DNA of 63,389 nucleotides, the filler included, from Octopus bimaculoides (Eukaryota): NCBI RefSeq assembly GCF_001194135.2. It is 6 parts of 6 records of this genome, joined end to end, with 100 filler letters (N's around TTAATTAATTAA, not from the genome) between each part and the next. Parts side by side here need not be neighbours in the genome. Positions count along the whole stretch, not along the records: positions 1 to 30,070 come from NC_068990.1; 5 more parts are not named here. One strand, given 5' to 3'. Of this stretch, positions 13,291-26,808 are shown in pieces. The notes beneath the pieces are model-generated. The model was not told where the DNA came from. It did no database searches and was given only the letters and a program-made list of their open reading frames with translations. The stretch's first letter is position 1; every line of letters starts with the position of its first letter. Made by a program: the position numbers and the translations under genes.

Positions 13291-14238
13291 TGAATGTATG
13301 CATGTATGTATGTATGTATGTATGTATGCATGTATGTGTGTATGTATGTATGCATATATGTATGTATGTATGTAACATGTCATATTAGGTCTGCAATTCT
13401 GCGATGCTCATGCTGTGGTGAGGAAGTCTAATGATCTACTCAGACTGTTATATACTCCGTGTTGTCACAATACTGTCAAAACTCGATTAACTCTTACTTT
13501 GTTACCCACTCCTCTGTTCAATTTTGAATCATTTTAAATTGGCTGAAGTTACAGCCTTATCTACATTTTTTTTTCTTGTCAGAATTTATCGTACGTCTAA
13601 TACCTATCTATGCCTGTCATTTTAATTAATAATATCTTGGTACGCCGTACTATTTTTGGTAGCTCATGCATTCTCCGATATTTATTCCGATTTGAATAAT
13701 TTCGACTAAATATCGAACTTTCAGCATTGCTTTTCAGTTAATTATTTCTAACGACACATATTTTCCTTAATTCACCACAGAATACTTCAGCATCCCCAAA
13801 ATTTTAAAAACTATGCAGTATTTTAAAATTTTAATTAATATATTGACATTGTTGATTATGTCTTTTTCTTTTTAGTATTTCAAGTTAAGAGAAAGCATTC
13901 GAACATTTAATACTGACGTCTAATTTATTAAATAATGTATATTTAAAACATCCCCACATGTAATAAGTGCTGCTGAATCAATAGTGTAGATTGCATGAAA
14001 TTACCGCGATATTGTAAACAGTCACCATTCATTTAGCAGCATGTGTATTGATTCCCAGCCAACTTATCATATTCATTTACATCTTAAGAATTGTATGAAC
14101 GTAGTATGTTCGACTGAAAGCTAATGCAAAATATATGCAAATAGCTAACAAAATTTCTATCAAATTATAACATAAACAAACAATTCCAATGTTAAGAATG
14201 ATAATAGAGATTCTCTTGAGCATATATCTACCTATCTA

Positions 14239-14294
<56 letters not shown>

Positions 14295-16924
14295 ACGCAG
14301 ATCATTCAAACCATTATAATTTAGCCAAATGGACACGATATATCTTGTGTTCTTTCGGTTTAAATTGTTACAAATAATATTTTATGGAAATATCAAATTT
14401 AATTAAAATGGAAGCCGTAGTAGAAATATGATACATTACGTTCGTGTGTTTCCTACAAAATGTAATTTAGAATAAGTGAGACTATTTCAATCGCTAAGAC
14501 AAACTGAAATATAAATTTTACACCGTAGGCTTCTTTTTGTTAACCGATATCATTACCGAGGTGAATTGCTACAATAATATAATGCATGTAAGTAGGAACA
14601 CAATGAAATGCATGCAAATGAGGATTACATACAACGTATATAAATATATAAAAACGATAAAATAAATATATGTCAATATGTATATAAAGATGACACATCT
14701 TGAGTCATTCCAAAACGCACTAGTAGCCTGCTCGTTCATACTATATCCTCGTTTGTTTTTCCTGTCCACTGGGAAAAATACGAAATATTGCAAAATTTCC
14801 AACGTCCAGTCACTGTAGATATAAGGCATCATAGCAAGTTAGATTCTAAGCATTTTACAAAGATTCTAACGTATGACAGATAATAGGTGCATTAGCGTGC
14901 GAGACAAGTTCGATAATCTTCTCTTCTCCTTTAACGACTTTTGATATAACGAGTTTAACATCGAATACTATAGATTAAAGTTTAGTGTATATAAAGTAGT
15001 CGAAAATATAGAGTAAGAATTTTGTAGATTATGTGTCAGTGGTTTATATAACATGTTTAGAACTGTTCTATGTATCTATCAAAACTAAATAATGTCTATC
15101 CATATACTTATAGATGAGCGTCATAGGATCGAGTGAATATACTAATCTAGGAATTAAGAGTAATGTAAAATTCGCAAGCGCTTCGATAACATGCAATTGT
15201 CAGATAAATAAAATCGTTGGCGTATCTTGGAAAGAAAGCCCACTCTGCTACGTACAGATGTCTTAGGTAGACATCATAATGATAACTAATTTTCTACAAT
15301 TCAATAGGTTAAAGTCATTAAAATCCAATTCTGACGTAGGATGTACAGTTTGTATTTTTCGACATAAGATTGTAATCAGGTAATTCTATTTTATAGATAA
15401 GTATGAAACTAGGCATCCATTTTTAATCATAAGTAACCATTACAATACCGTTAAAGTGGCATTAAGCTTTTATCGTCATGGTTAATGCTAAATGCATAAG
15501 AAAAATTATTTTTGTTTCTTTTTGCCAAAGCAAACTTTTACAAGAGTAAAGATGCAACTAAAAATTGAACCCGAGGAACAGTCTACGTAAGCCAAGTGAC
15601 ATTGTTGTTGCTTAGATCCCGATCAAAGTTGTGATGAAATTAGGATCAAAATATTTTCAGCGATAACAATCACCATCTTGTTTTAAGACATATACGAGTA
15701 TGTTATGAAAATGATGGAAGTTTGACTGCTGCTTATAGTAGTAATAACGATTGCATACGCATTATAGTTGCCATGCTTCATTTTCCAGTACTTAAACAAT
15801 CGGCACATATTCTTATTTTACAACCTGATGGGTTACTGGGAAAATGCGCAATATGAAAAACCAAAAGTCATTCATTTTGATGTTGTTATTACATAAACTT
15901 CCAGTTTAATAACCAGCCACCCGAAAATATTAACGGTTAATATATATTGTTGCATATTAGAATACGAATCAATGGATGTTGGAATTTTAAAAATATAATA
16001 GACGCTGTGTTTCAAATCTGGAGTCCTTCTCGTTTATTATCATAAATACTAAATATATTGAAACATCAGGAATGGAACGGTTTATGTTTCTGCTGAATTG
16101 ATGATTATTTATGAAGATATTAAGATATTAATTTCATTTCATTTCACTCTATATTTATTACTATGCTTACTATAGTTGTAGAATTTGTGGTAGTGGATTA
16201 TCAAAATCGTCAGCGATCGAGCAAAATGTTTGTGGTACGTAAAATCTCACATTTTACGTTCTGTGTTCACCTTGCACTGAGATTAAAGTTGCCTCTCATC
16301 CACCCGGCTTATATAAAAGAAATTATTGGTTGAATGTGCGGATCGATTTAAGCGAATGCCACTCTACTCCAAAGGTTGATACAGTGTATTATATAACGAA
16401 AAACTCTATTAGTACTTTTGATTATTTATATTTACAAATATGCTTAAATTACTTTCTTTCGTTGTTTAGCCTTTTTATAAATGTTCATACATACGAATAA
16501 TTCACAATAGCAGCAGTGGCATCAGAAAACGTCATATATATGTATGCATCCTGGAGATAAATTAAGTCTTTCAAAAAGACATCTTTAATGGCACATCCTA
16601 AGCCACGTGGTGTTAAACCGGGTTACGGATTAGTGCTACCATCTATGTATGTAACATTTAAACGAACACGTTTACGTCGAATTATTAAGGCGTGTACAAT
16701 GTTGAATACGATATATTAAATAAATATGGTTAGGTACAAAGATATACATAGATGCACACACATGCGCGCACATAATTACATGCAGGTATTTCTTAATGAA
16801 TGTCAATTACATAATAGACTTTAAATCATCCATCACACATATATAAACTACACATATAGATACATACATATATACATACATGAAAAATACACACTCATAT
16901 ATTAATATACATACACATATAAAC

Positions 16925-16974
<50 letters not shown>

Positions 16975-17189
16975 TTTTTCGTAAATTCTCACTATATATC
17001 TATATATATATATAATTGCACTGTAACATTACTAACAGACTATTCTTTAAAATCTTTCCTACTAGATTAAAATATCAACTCTGCTACAAATATATCCACA
17101 GACAATAGCGTTGGAGAACACAAGTATTAACGTTGTAGTTGAGAAAAAGTTACCAGACCTATGGACTGGAAGCCATCCGAGTATTAGAA

Positions 17190-17760
17190 AATATTTTCCT
17201 GCATCATTATTATTCGCACCGGCTGCCAAATCGCTCACATCCTCACTGCTGCCCAATTTTCTGTAAACGATGTAAAGGTAGGAAGATGTGGAAGGGACAT
17301 CATGAAAACAATTTTTCTCAAAACTAATATTGCCATCGCGTGTGTTTCTAGCGAGTGTGACGATATGCCAGCCCACGTCTTTGAATAGGGACTTAGACTC
17401 AATTTAGACGGTTAAGTGAAGCTGTTAGAGAATGTAGTCGAAACTTGTCTGGAGAGGGTTGCTGCTCGAAGTTTACATGAGTGGCAGCAGAATCTGTTAC
17501 AGCACCATACCTTCTAAAAGGGATGGACGTTTTTGTTGGAGAATTTTTACGACTTCACCAGCTCCAATTTCTGATATCCCAATTCTCTTGATTGTAATTC
17601 CATGGATTACTATGTGTGTGGAGTGGTGAAGAATACGACCAAGATGAAAGAGGTGTTCAATAACTTTCTATGAGCACGCACATTGAGGAACATATATCCC
17701 AGGCTCCTGGTGTGTCTTGAGGCCTTGGTGGAAGCTGCGGGCAGCTACCTAGATTAAACA
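17190..17760 (+). mobile_element. Degenerate, internally deleted Tc1/mariner-superfamily transposon (maT/DD37D-like)
   Basis: Remnants read VSSECDDMPAHVFE.GLRLNLDG..KLLENVVET..ERVAA...WQQ, FYDFTS..YPNSLDCNSMDYYVCGVV and LEALVEAAGSYLD. They match SPDCNPMDY-type catalytic motifs. Confidence 0.75.
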
Positions 17761-18902
17761 CTTATCTCCCAGTCATGATCCAGTTAAAGTTTGTTGATTT
17801 GTTTTAAATACTTTAAGAAATGGGTAATTGTGCTTTACGTCCCTTTTATGCAAAATGTCAAATTTAGCCCAAACACCCAGTATGCATATATACGTACATG
17901 CATACATGAACAATTATAACTGTCTGTATTTTTCTGAATGTGTGTGTATGTATATGTATATGTGAACACATATGTATATGTATATGTGAACACATATGTA
18001 TATGTATTTGTGCCTATGTATACATGTGTGTGTGCATGTGCGTGCGTGTAAACTAATGTAAACATATATCTCAAATAAATCAAATAAATATCCCGCATAT
18101 GAGATGGAAAAAAACAACTCGTTTGCCACAATTCATCTTGTGATTATTGACACATAGATAATATTCACAAAATACCAGAACTGATTGCCGGCAAAGATGT
18201 AAACAGTTTGGTCAGAAATATTATGAAAAATAAAATAAAGTTTAACAGTTCTACTTAAGTTTCAACTTCGTGACTTGAATAAGATTTTCCTTCAAATTAT
18301 ATTTCGTCCAAGAGTAGTTCTTTTCAATTACGAGTTAACGAATTAACCTTTCATACACTTGAATCGGAAGACAATCTATTTTATTCATGATCTTCTGTTA
18401 AATCCATCTTTTCACAATGTAGCATTTCCAGCAAAAGATAATTTACGAAAAGTCAAATAAGTCTTGAAAAGTAATTATTATTCTTGTAGTTCCTTCCTAA
18501 ATGTGATCAATAATTTCAATATTTTCAGCTTGCGAAAGTTAGTTCTAAGTTCACTTGTTGGCATCATAGAGCAGCTGACATTAACGATGCAGTGTTACAT
18601 TTATAATGCATATACCTTATGGAATTTTTAAATAATATTGCTCTCATTAATTTTGTTCGTCTTTTCTAATTCCTAAAATATATCTACACGCATACACACA
18701 ACCTCACACATACACGTACTCACACACATACACACGCACACGCACTCACGCACTCACATATATGTTTGTATACATATGCGTTATATACATACATATATAT
18801 ATGCTTACCTATCTGTATATAGCTACACACACACAAATATATATACAGGGAAACACAAATATGTACACGTACACACATATATAGGTATGTATGCATGTAT
18901 TC

Positions 18903-18956
<54 letters not shown>

Positions 18957-19199
18957 ATATATGTATATATATATATATATATATATTTCCAACTGCAGGA
19001 ATTTATAAGTTCTGTTTCTGTTATGATAGTTCCACTGAGAGAACGAAGTACACAAATACTCTTGCACGCGCGTTTGTTAATTAGATAGTCTATCTCGATC
19101 GGTACGTTTCCCATAGCCAAATCTTTTTTAACTGCTTTAAGTTTGCCATAATTTGATGTTGTACATCAGCAACTCGATCGTGTCCGAGCACTAATTTAT

Positions 19200-19520
19200 C
19201 TCTATATATTGTAGGCCTTATTACTTAATCTCACCACCATCCATTTACTATCTCCCGAACCATGGTCATCACATAGAGTAAAATTAATAGCGGCACTCAA
19301 AGAAATCTTCAACCCGTTGCATCTAACATTTTTGGCAGGTTCGTGGTATCTCCAGGGTTGTGTATCACAAATTAAATTTTTGTGGCTTCTGCATAACTTG
19401 AAAGAGACGCTTTCTGTATGGCTGAGAAGAACACTGTAAAGAACTGTCGGACCCAAGACACTATTCCACAGGACGCCACTCACTATTTGTACTTTCTTGG
19501 AAGTGACTCGCTGGCTACAG
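19200..19520 (-). mobile_element. Highly decayed CR1/L2-like reverse transcriptase fragment
   Basis: SGVLWNSVLGPTVLY resembles the SGVPQGSVLGP RT motif; downstream frames are broken. Confidence 0.65.
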
Positions 19521-20059
19521 AACCTGACTTCTTTCTTTTAGAAAATAATGTAACCACTCTCCAAGATTTCCCATTTGTTGAGACCAGGTATTTTCTAACT
19601 CACATTCACACAAACGCATACACACATACATGTATAAATGGTAGGGGTTCGTCCCCCTACTTGCAATACATACCAGGTGCAGATTGCATTGATAACCAGA
19701 TGGAGGAGGCCATATTGATGTGACGATAAACGTTACTTCTAAATATATATACAACTTCTATCTCATAGGGATTTTCTAACTATCCACTTTGATCGTTGCA
19801 AGGCCAGTCACTGATTCTCACTTGATTTTCTATATACCGCGAGCCATATACTGTGAAGATTTCATCGGTAACCAGCTGGAGGAAGTTCTAATGGGGGATA
19901 AAAATGGCAGTTACGTCGAACAGCCATATTGATGTGGCGATAAACATTACTTTGCAGTGTGTGTGTATCTGTGTACGTATGCATGTATGTATATATATTA
20001 TGAGGTTTTAATATTTCAGGTATTAGGCTCACGATCGTAAAGAGGTGAGTTTAATTGCC

Positions 20060-20272
20060 GGGGACGAGTTGTGCCCTTGAGCAGTACACTTTATTTCACG
20101 TAACGTCAGTCAATTCATCAGGCAACAGTGAGTTGTACCTCAAAAGCAAAAAGGCCAGGTTTGCCAAATTTCGAGGAAAATTGTTAGTACGCCTAGCAAA
20201 TTTCTTGGCGGTATTTCGTCAGTCTTTACATTTTGATTTCAAATGCCGCTGGAGTTGATTTGCCTTTCAGTC
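20060..20272 (+). mobile_element. Decayed SINE fragments (family C core, then family B head)
   Basis: gttgtgcccttgagcagtacactttatttcac matches 41555-41590; gcggtatttcgtc...ttcaaat...gcctttc matches family B. Confidence 0.6.
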
Positions 20273-20554
20273 TGTTAGGGTAGATAAAATATGTACAAAC
20301 TGAGCAATGGGGTTGATGTTATCGACATGGCATCTTCTCCGATATTGCTAACCATGTACAAAAATTGGACTCTAATATGTACAAAATATGTTTGTGCGTA
20401 TGTGTGTGTATGTGTGTGTGTGTGTGTGATGTGTGCGTGGTGCATGTGTGTGAGTGTGTGGTGTGTGTATGTGTCTGGAGAGAGAGACAAACAGAGAATG
20501 AAAGATAGACAAAGAGACAAGGAGACAGACAGACAGATAAAGATAGAGATAGAC

Positions 20555-20820
<266 letters not shown>

Positions 20821-21343
20821 CACATACAAAGAGGGGCACGCAAAACATGCCATTGCTGTGTATGTGTTTTATGCGCAAGAAGTTATGACAGAAAGATAAA
20901 CATGCACTCTGTATATCAATAAAAATGTCTTGGCATTCTGATGTTGAGGAATCGAGTTCTGTGATTCCGATGTTACGTAAATGTTTACAAGAACTGATCA
21001 TGTTATCCTTCACTTTTAGTAATGAGTTTGGTGAGGAAGACTATTAACCATTCGGCAGAGTTTGGTCAAGGTTTCTATTGCGAATATTATACAGGCATAC
21101 ACATTCACACACAAACACATACACAAGCACACAGACACACTCTCACACACACTCATACACAGACACACAAACAAACACTCTGAAATAGATATATATATAC
21201 ATACGTGCATACACAAAAGTAAAAGCATGTATATATACATACATGCATACATATATAATCATGTAGATGTAAATGTTACGCATATCTCTATATATGCATC
21301 TACATGTGTGAGGGTGTGATATGTATATGTACACACACGCACG

Positions 21344-21412
<69 letters not shown>

Positions 21413-21528
21413 NNNNNNNNNNATATATATATATATATGGGAGAATATACAAAAAATAACAACAGACGAGGACAGGTGGTGTAAATAACAAAAGTATATA
21501 TTAGTATGACGCTCGGGAATACGGAAAG

Positions 21529-21565
21529 TCTTTGACGTTTCGAGCTACGCTCTTCAACAGAAAGA
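21529..21565 (-). ncRNA. Minimal type I hammerhead-like motif, variant core CUGUUGA (family 3)
   Basis: Reverse complement is UCUUU CUGUUGA A GAGC GUA GCUC GAAA CG UC AAAGA: 5-bp stem I, 4-bp stem II, palindromic AC/GU stem III, GUC cleavage triplet; A6 is replaced by U. Confidence 0.6.
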
Positions 21566-22418
21566 ATACGGAGACAAGGAGAAAAGAACCATACAAAAAA
21601 AATTAATAATTTTATATGTGACAGTGGATTTTCTTCGATGAGTTCATGAACCTTGGTTCTTTTCCCTATCTCTATCTTTATCTGTCTGTCTGTCTCCTTG
21701 TCTCTTTGTCTATCTTTCATTCTCTGTTTGTCTCTCTCTCCAGACACATACACACACCACACACTCACACACATGCACCACGCACACAGCACACACACAC
21801 ACAAAATATGCATACATATAACGGAGATGTACTTGCATAGCAAGTGACTTCTTCTGAGATCGTGTGCTAAAAACGAAAGCAATTACAGCGTGGATGGTCT
21901 TGTAGGTTTTTATATGGCTTACATACACCTATCACGCTGCAATTGTATATATATATAAATATATATATATATATANNNNNNNNNNNNNNNNNNNNNNNNN
22001 NNNNNNNNNNNNNNNNNNNNNNNNNNNNNNNNNNNNNNNNNNNNNNNNNNNNNNNNNNNNNNNNNNNNNNNNNNNNNNNNNNNNNNNNNNNNNNNNNNNN
22101 NNNNNNNNNNNNNNNNNNNNNNNNNNNNNNNNNNNNNNNNNNNNNNNNNNNNNNNNNNNNNNNNNNNNNNNNNNNNNNNNNNNNNNNNNNNNNNNNNNNN
22201 NNNNNNNNNNNNNNNNNNNNNNNNNNNNNNNNNNNNNNNNNNNNNNNNNNNNNNNNNNNNNNNNNNNNNNNNNNNNNNNNNNNNNNNNNNNNNNNNNNNN
22301 NNNNNNNNNNNNNNNNNNNNNNNNNNNNNNNNNNNNNNNNNNNNNNNNNNNNNNNNNNNNNNNNNNNNNNNNNNNNNNNNNNNNNNNNNNNNNNNNNNNN
22401 NNNNNNNNNNNNNNNNNN

Positions 22419-22451
<33 letters not shown>

Positions 22452-22998
22452 GTGTGTGTGTGTGTGTGTATGTATGCATGTGTGTATGTACATGTATTTG
22501 TATATATATTTATGTATATGTATGTTTACGTTTATATATATATATAGAAATACATATATATAACTATTGTAAATATGAGTGTAATTAAAATAGTTCATTA
22601 CAAGTGGTTGGCATGCATAAATAATAGTCAGACACACACACACACACATCAAGACACATATGGAGACACATTCATACATAATAGACGCACGTACATAGTC
22701 ACACAAATCCATACACATAGACGTGCTCAGACATGCACACAGAAGGAGACAGATGTACGCACACAGATACACGCACACCCACATACAAACAATCAAACAT
22801 GAACACACATGGATTTGCAGAATGCATACCTACTTGTACGCACATGCATACATATATATATATATACCTATTCATACACAGATATATACATACATACACA
22901 CACATACATGCATACATGTACACTGACGTACACTCATGCGCACATACAAACAAATACGCTCTTCAACAAAAGGAACGTGTGAAAATAAACAGAGAAGT

Positions 22999-23162
22999 TA
23001 TATAAATATATAGTTTTAGGGAAAAGAACCAAGGTTCATGAACTCATCGATGGAAACCCACTGTCACATACAAAAAAAATTAATAATTTTATATGTGACA
23101 GTGGATTTTCTTCGATGAGTTCATGAACCTTGGTTCTTTTCCCTAAAACTATATATTTATAT
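22999..23162. repeat. Near-perfect palindromic element (about 72-bp arms, 21-nt spacer); second, left-deleted copy at 21578-21667
   Basis: Left arm ...agggaaaagaaccaaggttcatgaactcatcgatggaaacccactgtcacata pairs with right arm tatgtgacagtggattttcttcgatgagttcatgaaccttggttcttttccct... Confidence 0.85.
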
Positions 23163-23271
23163 ATATTTTACTCTATAAAGCTCAATTTAATTTTAATTTT
23201 TTATAAATTGATTTTAATTCAGTTTTTACCTGTAATTTTGGATTTTGTCCCTAATATTATTATTATTATTG

Positions 23272-23327
<56 letters not shown>

Positions 23328-24685
23328 TACATTTCCAACCGATTTTCACCAACCGTTACACACACAATACTTATATCCCAAGGATGACCATGCAACATGA
23401 CATTTTGCCAAGTGCAACCGCCTAAATGGACCTAAATGGACATAGATTTTTCTTTTAAGAAGGGTATTCCATACTTTTGTAATCTTTTTATAAAAGAGAA
23501 AGGATTTTGTCTATTTTTATTGTCCACCAGCAACGCTGAATAAAACGACCCGATAAACCTCCACTACCAAACAATCTTAATCTCCGTATTTAAACTGCTT
23601 TCAAATTTGGCAGACTTCTGTTTTCTTATTCTGGGTTACTTGAAAGATGATGTTCTCTTCCCTCTCTTTTATTTGTTGATATCGATGTTTACCTACTAAT
23701 GCTTGTTTCACTTTCAGAATGCTTATTTACCCAGTCATTATTAAATTTTGTCTATTGTCCATTGTGTCAAATACGCTTTGGTATTGTCGTTTTAGTCTCT
23801 TTTTTTAAAACAATTACGTATGATTCGTCCCAAAAGAATTAACCTTTAAATAAGAGTTTTGCTTCCACTAGCAAAAGATATAGGAATCTTTTGGAAAGCT
23901 CCATTCCAATTTAACTTTATGCAGCATTCGCTGTTAGTTTATGCGCAGGGTATGTGAATAGACAGAAGAAAGGGGCTTTTATTAGCTTATCTATCCGAAA
24001 ATTTAGCCCCCCACCATTGCAGTTGAAAAGAAATAAACACACAGAAGGGAAGTTTCAACGTTTTCTTTTAATTTCATTACACCATTTACCTGGATGTTCC
24101 GGATAGGAAATTTCACTTTCAAGTAAAACAACTATATTTTGTAGTCATTAACTATATTTTGTAGTCATACTCCCAAAATACCTCAGTAGCTCTATTTGCA
24201 TCGCTTTCAAACTTATATGTTCTACGATCATTAAAGTGCAACGATCTCCACAATAAACTACCTTCAATTTGGTTTTCTGTTCTTAGGTTAATTGGAAACA
24301 TAGACTGCTGTGCTACCCAGAAACCATCTCGGTAGTTCAATTATTTGATGAAAAAATAAATCGAAAGTAACTTAGGGTGCGTGTGCTAGTATGTGTATAA
24401 GATATACTTACGTATTACTACAAAGAAAAACCTGACCATAATTTATGTTATTTATGTCAAAACACATCGCTCCTAAGTGAACCTCTTCGATGAAATAATG
24501 AAATAAGTGAGCCTGTTATTTTCGAAGAATTTACTCAAGAGATATAAATGTCATGAGTGAGGAATGGAAATACAGACCGAAGCTGAATTAGAGAACCAAC
24601 TGATCATTAATGTTGATTCAATGGGGATTTGACGCACATCACTAAACTTCTTGGAAATAGCAGGCGATATTCTCACCAACCAAAA

Positions 24686-24896
24686 GGCGGCGAACTGGCA
24701 GAAACGTTAGCACGCCGAGCGAAATGCTTAGCGGTATTTCGTCTGCCTTTCCGTTCTAAGTTCAAATTCCGTCGAGATCAACTTTGCATTTCATCCGTTC
24801 GAGGCCGATGAATTAAGTACCAGTTGCAAACTGGGTCGATCTAATCGTTGACCCCTCCCCTAAAATTTCGGGCCTTGTGCCTAGAGTAGAAAAAGA
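24686..24896 (+). mobile_element. tRNA-derived SINE family B
   Basis: ggcggcgaactggcagaaacgttag head, B-box-like gttcaaattcc, central tttcatccgttcgaggccgatgaattaagtaccag, tail gggccttgtgcctagagtagaaaa. Confidence 0.85.
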
Positions 24897-25276
24897 TATT
24901 CTTACCAACCATATTATCGCCTGTTGAAGATTAGGTATATTGGACAATAATTTTAGGATGTAAGCAGAGCGAGATACGATTGAAATGCCAGTCATTATGT
25001 TACGCTACACCTCACCTGACAATACAATGAAACAATGAGAAAACACGTGTAAGCGACCATGCTGCAAGACGATAAAATAGGCAGATTTTCCTCAAATTCC
25101 CGCAAGAGGAAATATCATATTGGAAATACTAGTAACTTGTTTTCCGTCTCATAATGGTAAATATGTAAACGTTGCCTGCAGTTGTTACAGCTCGACTCCT
25201 TTCGACATTTATTTTATTGTCTGTAAATTACGAAACACATTCGGCGCGTCCAAAGTTTTTAATAAAATATGTTGTA

Positions 25277-25318
<42 letters not shown>

Positions 25319-25339
25319 GTGTGTGTGTGTGTGCGTGTG

Positions 25340-26130
25340 TGTGGGTGTGTGTTAAATGAAATGAGACAACAAAGCCAAGGCTATGTGGAATTTTCAGGAC
25401 ATTTATAAAGAGACAGTTAGCCTTACAGCTGTTTCTGGGATATTAGGAATATCCCTTCATCAGAGACGATGTGAGATGGTTAAATAGAGGGAAATATTAG
25501 AGCTCAGTATGAGGAGTTACTCTGGAAAAGGAAACAAATAAGTAGTATATAGGGAAATAGGAGACAAAATGTAGGAATAAAAATAAAAATGCATCAAGTT
25601 GTTATGGTCGCAGTTCCATCTTCCAAGGAAAGTGGTGTGTAGAAATGGTGGAAATTCTTCCTGTCTGTGGTATGTAAATTCCAATAGGAGTTCATATTTT
25701 GTCATCGCGAATGAAAAGTGTTGAGACCTAGATCGCCATATGCTGTTCATTTAAAAGGGGTGTTGTGGTGTGAATGAAAATTTGAGAAAATAGTGGTAGT
25801 AGAGACGTGAATGTTACGATGAAGAGAGGTGAAAGGAAAATGAGGAAAGAAAGAAAGAAAGAGGAAAAGAAATGAAAGCAAAAGAAAATTAAGAAGTGTA
25901 AGGGAGTGAAAAAAGTGAAAGTAGGATTGTTAGTTGGTGGTCACTATACTATGAGGGGAATGGGAGGGGAGTAGGGGAAGGGTAGGAAGATATAAGAATG
26001 AAAGTAATGAATATGTGTGAGGTAGGGTGACATGTTAGAATGGCATCAAGGGATGGGTACAGATAAAGGTATAGGAAGAGGGGTTCTCAAGTGAATAGTA
26101 AACTACAAATTGGAAGGGAAGAATACTAAA
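25340..26130 (-). mobile_element. Penelope-like element terminal (pLTR/3') region
   Basis: Contains a PLE-type hammerhead (25420-25467), preceded on the minus strand by a pyrimidine-rich tract and a decayed ORF end; boundaries are approximate. Confidence 0.5.
25420..25467 (-). ncRNA. Type I hammerhead ribozyme motif (family 2)
   Basis: Reverse complement is GUCU CUGAUGA A GGGAUAUU CCU AAUAUCCC A GAA ACAGCUGU A AGGC: canonical core, 8-bp stem II, palindromic stem III ACAGCUGU, GUA triplet, 4-bp stem I. Confidence 0.75.
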
Positions 26131-26523
26131 AATGGTTAAGTTTCTATAAATAGACTTATGTGTTTATTCTACTGGCTAATGTGATAGTGTAGTTAGAGGA
26201 ATCAGAAAGAGGGGAAAAATGAAGTGTATGTCGATATACGCACGTATGTACATATATGTGTGCATATATGCATAATTATATAGACCTGCGTACTTGTGTA
26301 TTTAAACCCGTACGCATGCATGCATATATATACACATACATACGCATGCATATACACGTGCACCTACATATAGAAACATACATATACATACGCGCACACG
26401 CACAAATATATGCACACACACGTATACCCGTAAATGCATGCATATACACATCCACATGCGCACATATACACGCATACATGCACGCGTACACACACACATA
26501 CACGCACACACACACATACATGC

Positions 26524-26558
<35 letters not shown>

Positions 26559-26777
26559 NNNNNNNNNNNNNNNNNNNNNNNNNNNNNNNNNNNNNNNNNN
26601 NNNNNNNNNNNNNNNNNNNNNNNNNNNNNNNNNNNNNNNNNNNNNNNNNNNNNNNNNNNNNNNNNNNNNNNNNNNNNNNNNNNNNNNNNNNNNNNNNNNN
26701 NNNNNNNNNNNNNNNNNNNNNNNNNNNNNNNNNNNNNNNNNNNNNNNNNNNNNNNNNNNNNNNNNNNNNNNNNNNNN

Positions 26778-26808
<31 letters not shown>

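Noticed and set aside
15531-15800. Possible plus-strand exon pair (QTFTRVKMQLKIEPEEQST / DNNHHLVLRHIR...)
   Set aside because: Splice-like signals exist but the exons are short, match no recognisable protein and could arise by chance in AT-rich DNA.
20110-20140. CTGATGA...GAAA on the minus strand
   Set aside because: No stem II or stem I pairing; chance occurrence inside a SINE remnant. Similar isolated CTGATGA or CCGATGA at about 4528 and 49475 were also rejected.
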